From: Amphiscolops sp. MND2022
Taxonomy: Eukaryota
Direction of reading: 5' to 3'
Assembly (NCBI GenBank): GCA_964187785.1
Contig: OZ076409.1
Coordinates: forward strand, 42,844,001 to 42,908,000
DNA: 64,000 nucleotides
The position numbers and the translations under genes were made by a program. Position 1 is the first letter of the stretch; the number at the start of each line of letters is the position of its first letter. The notes below the pieces were generated by a model. The model was given only the letters and a program-made list of their open reading frames with translations. It had not been told where the DNA came from and searched no databases. Positions 62,301-64,000 of the stretch are shown piece after piece.

Positions 62301-64000
62301 GTTTGCAAAACATCGCTTCGATGCTGGGTATAATACCGAATTGAAGATCAAATTAACGCCTGCTGATCAACTTCCGGTATACGTTCAAGGTCCGCCAGCA
62401 CCGATTTATTTGCGTGACGAAATCTTAATTGAATTAGCGTTAATACAATTTTTTAATATCAACTACGTTGTCACACACTAAATATTCTAGTCCGATGTTT
62501 GTACATCGCAAACCATCTGGCAACCTTCGCATACTTATCGATCTCAGAAGAGTCAATCACCTCCTACGCCATGATTACTCAAATTGCAATTTCCCAATTT
62601 CAAATATGACGGATGCGACAAACCATTTTGCGGGGAACAAGCTATTTTTTAAACTCATTGTTCGCAAGCATACCATTGCGTTCAAATGGACGATGACCTT
62701 TCAGTACAATTGATGGTATTTAATTTTGCTCCTCGTACATTTTCTTATAATTGTTTAGCCCAAAGGCTGAACAAATCTGTCACTGGGTTCAGTTCCTTCG
62801 TTAAACATTAGCTAGATAACTGCCTTACTGCCAATGTTTGTACTCAATTTATGAACGACATTGCCATGGGAGTAAACAATTTTGATGAAATGATTCCTGC
62901 TTTGATGAAAATTTTTGATTGCCTGCGCGCATTGGGATTAAAATGTCTGCCCATAAATGTGAATTTGGGACTTTCAAGATTGATTATTTGTGAAGCACTG
63001 TATTATCTAAAGGAATCGCTCCGGAAGCTGACAAAATAAACAAATTTCCCGAAAAAATCAGAATGCCTGAAACTCTTGAACTAGTGAAAAGATTGATTGG
63101 ATTCGTCCTATTTTTTTCGTTCGATCATGCCCAACTTGTGCCAAAAATTGCTACCATTTTACCAACTTTTGCGAAAAGATGTACAATTTAAAATTACGAA
63201 AAAACACAGCGAACAAAGCATTGGATGTATTGAAAACCGATTTACGAAAAGCTACCAACTCTACTTTGTGATTGGCAAAACCTGGCCTCCAATACGTACT
63301 TCTTTGTGACGCTATTTACCATGGTACAGGCTCTGTTCCATGATTGAGGACTATTTGATAGATCAACAAAGAAAAGAAAAGTATATGCGCCAGTTTCCTT
63401 TCGATCTCGACATTTTGCCCGACGCAATTAAAGTTTTCAGTTTACTTCAAAGAATTTCTTGCTCTATTTCGCTTTAGACCATTTTGCACATTTTATATGG
63501 GGAGCAACTAAACCTGTGTTAATACTAACAGATAACCGTAGTCTCACAAATTTCCAGTCTAAAAGTTATCATCCATCGTTATGGAACTGTTTGGATAGTT
63601 TTGTCTTAGCAATTTTTTTCACGAATGCAAACAGACCCTACCCTAACTCTCTCTTAAATTAACTGATCGGATACCTATTCAAGACTTCGAAATCCAAACA
63701 GAGGCGAAAGCCCCGGATGTTGTTTTGTCTAATATTTCGAGTAGACAAAGTTTTCCAGAATTCATTGTTGACAAGGCTGACGAACGCCATCTTTCACAAT
63801 TGAAAGAATTTGGTCTCTATGAACAATTTTACTGAAAACAACTGAAGCGCAGACTGCCCAGTCTCTTGACATTACTGGACTTTACTCATTTTGTCAAACT
63901 TTGAAGATACTTAGTCTCGTCCGGGGAATTCAGCGACATTCTTGATGACTTGCCTAATCGGCCGGAGTCAATAGAGCTCGCCTTAGTACAAATTCAAGAC
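59379..64000 (+). mobile_element. Older decayed Ty3/Gypsy element (gag from ~59879, pol to window end)
   Basis: Candidate LTR 59379-59525 then TGG PBS at 59528; knuckle CYNCGYPNH; AAAAAAC-TAG at ~61093-61102; ALIDTGA, LRILIDLRRVN, MND, LTDNRS; many stops and frameshifts. Confidence 0.88.

Overview
AT-rich eukaryotic (most likely invertebrate animal) DNA, almost entirely nested transposable elements. It holds many decayed LINEs (CR1/L2-like and I-group-like), several MITE families, a Penelope element, a decayed Gypsy, local tandem and fold-back duplications and a 200-N gap. Host sequence is limited to a probable terminal exon (192-692) and the first three coding exons of a TTLL12-like gene (56772-57664). 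The centrepiece is a young, full-length 15.7-kb Ty3/Gypsy LTR retrotransposon (25155-40874; 2156-bp LTRs, ATGTC target duplication). Between pol and the 3' LTR it carries an accessory cassette of two divergently oriented genes around a CCAAT/CRE-rich spacer. One is an 8-exon antisense gene (~1025 aa) with a BED-like zinc finger and what looks like a catalytically dead hAT-transposase body. The other is a sense ORF for an acidic disordered protein that starts with a SUMO-interacting-type motif. The cassette structure is read from the sequence; its role as an anti-silencing or chromatin module is inference. All coordinates, splice models and identities were worked out by eye.
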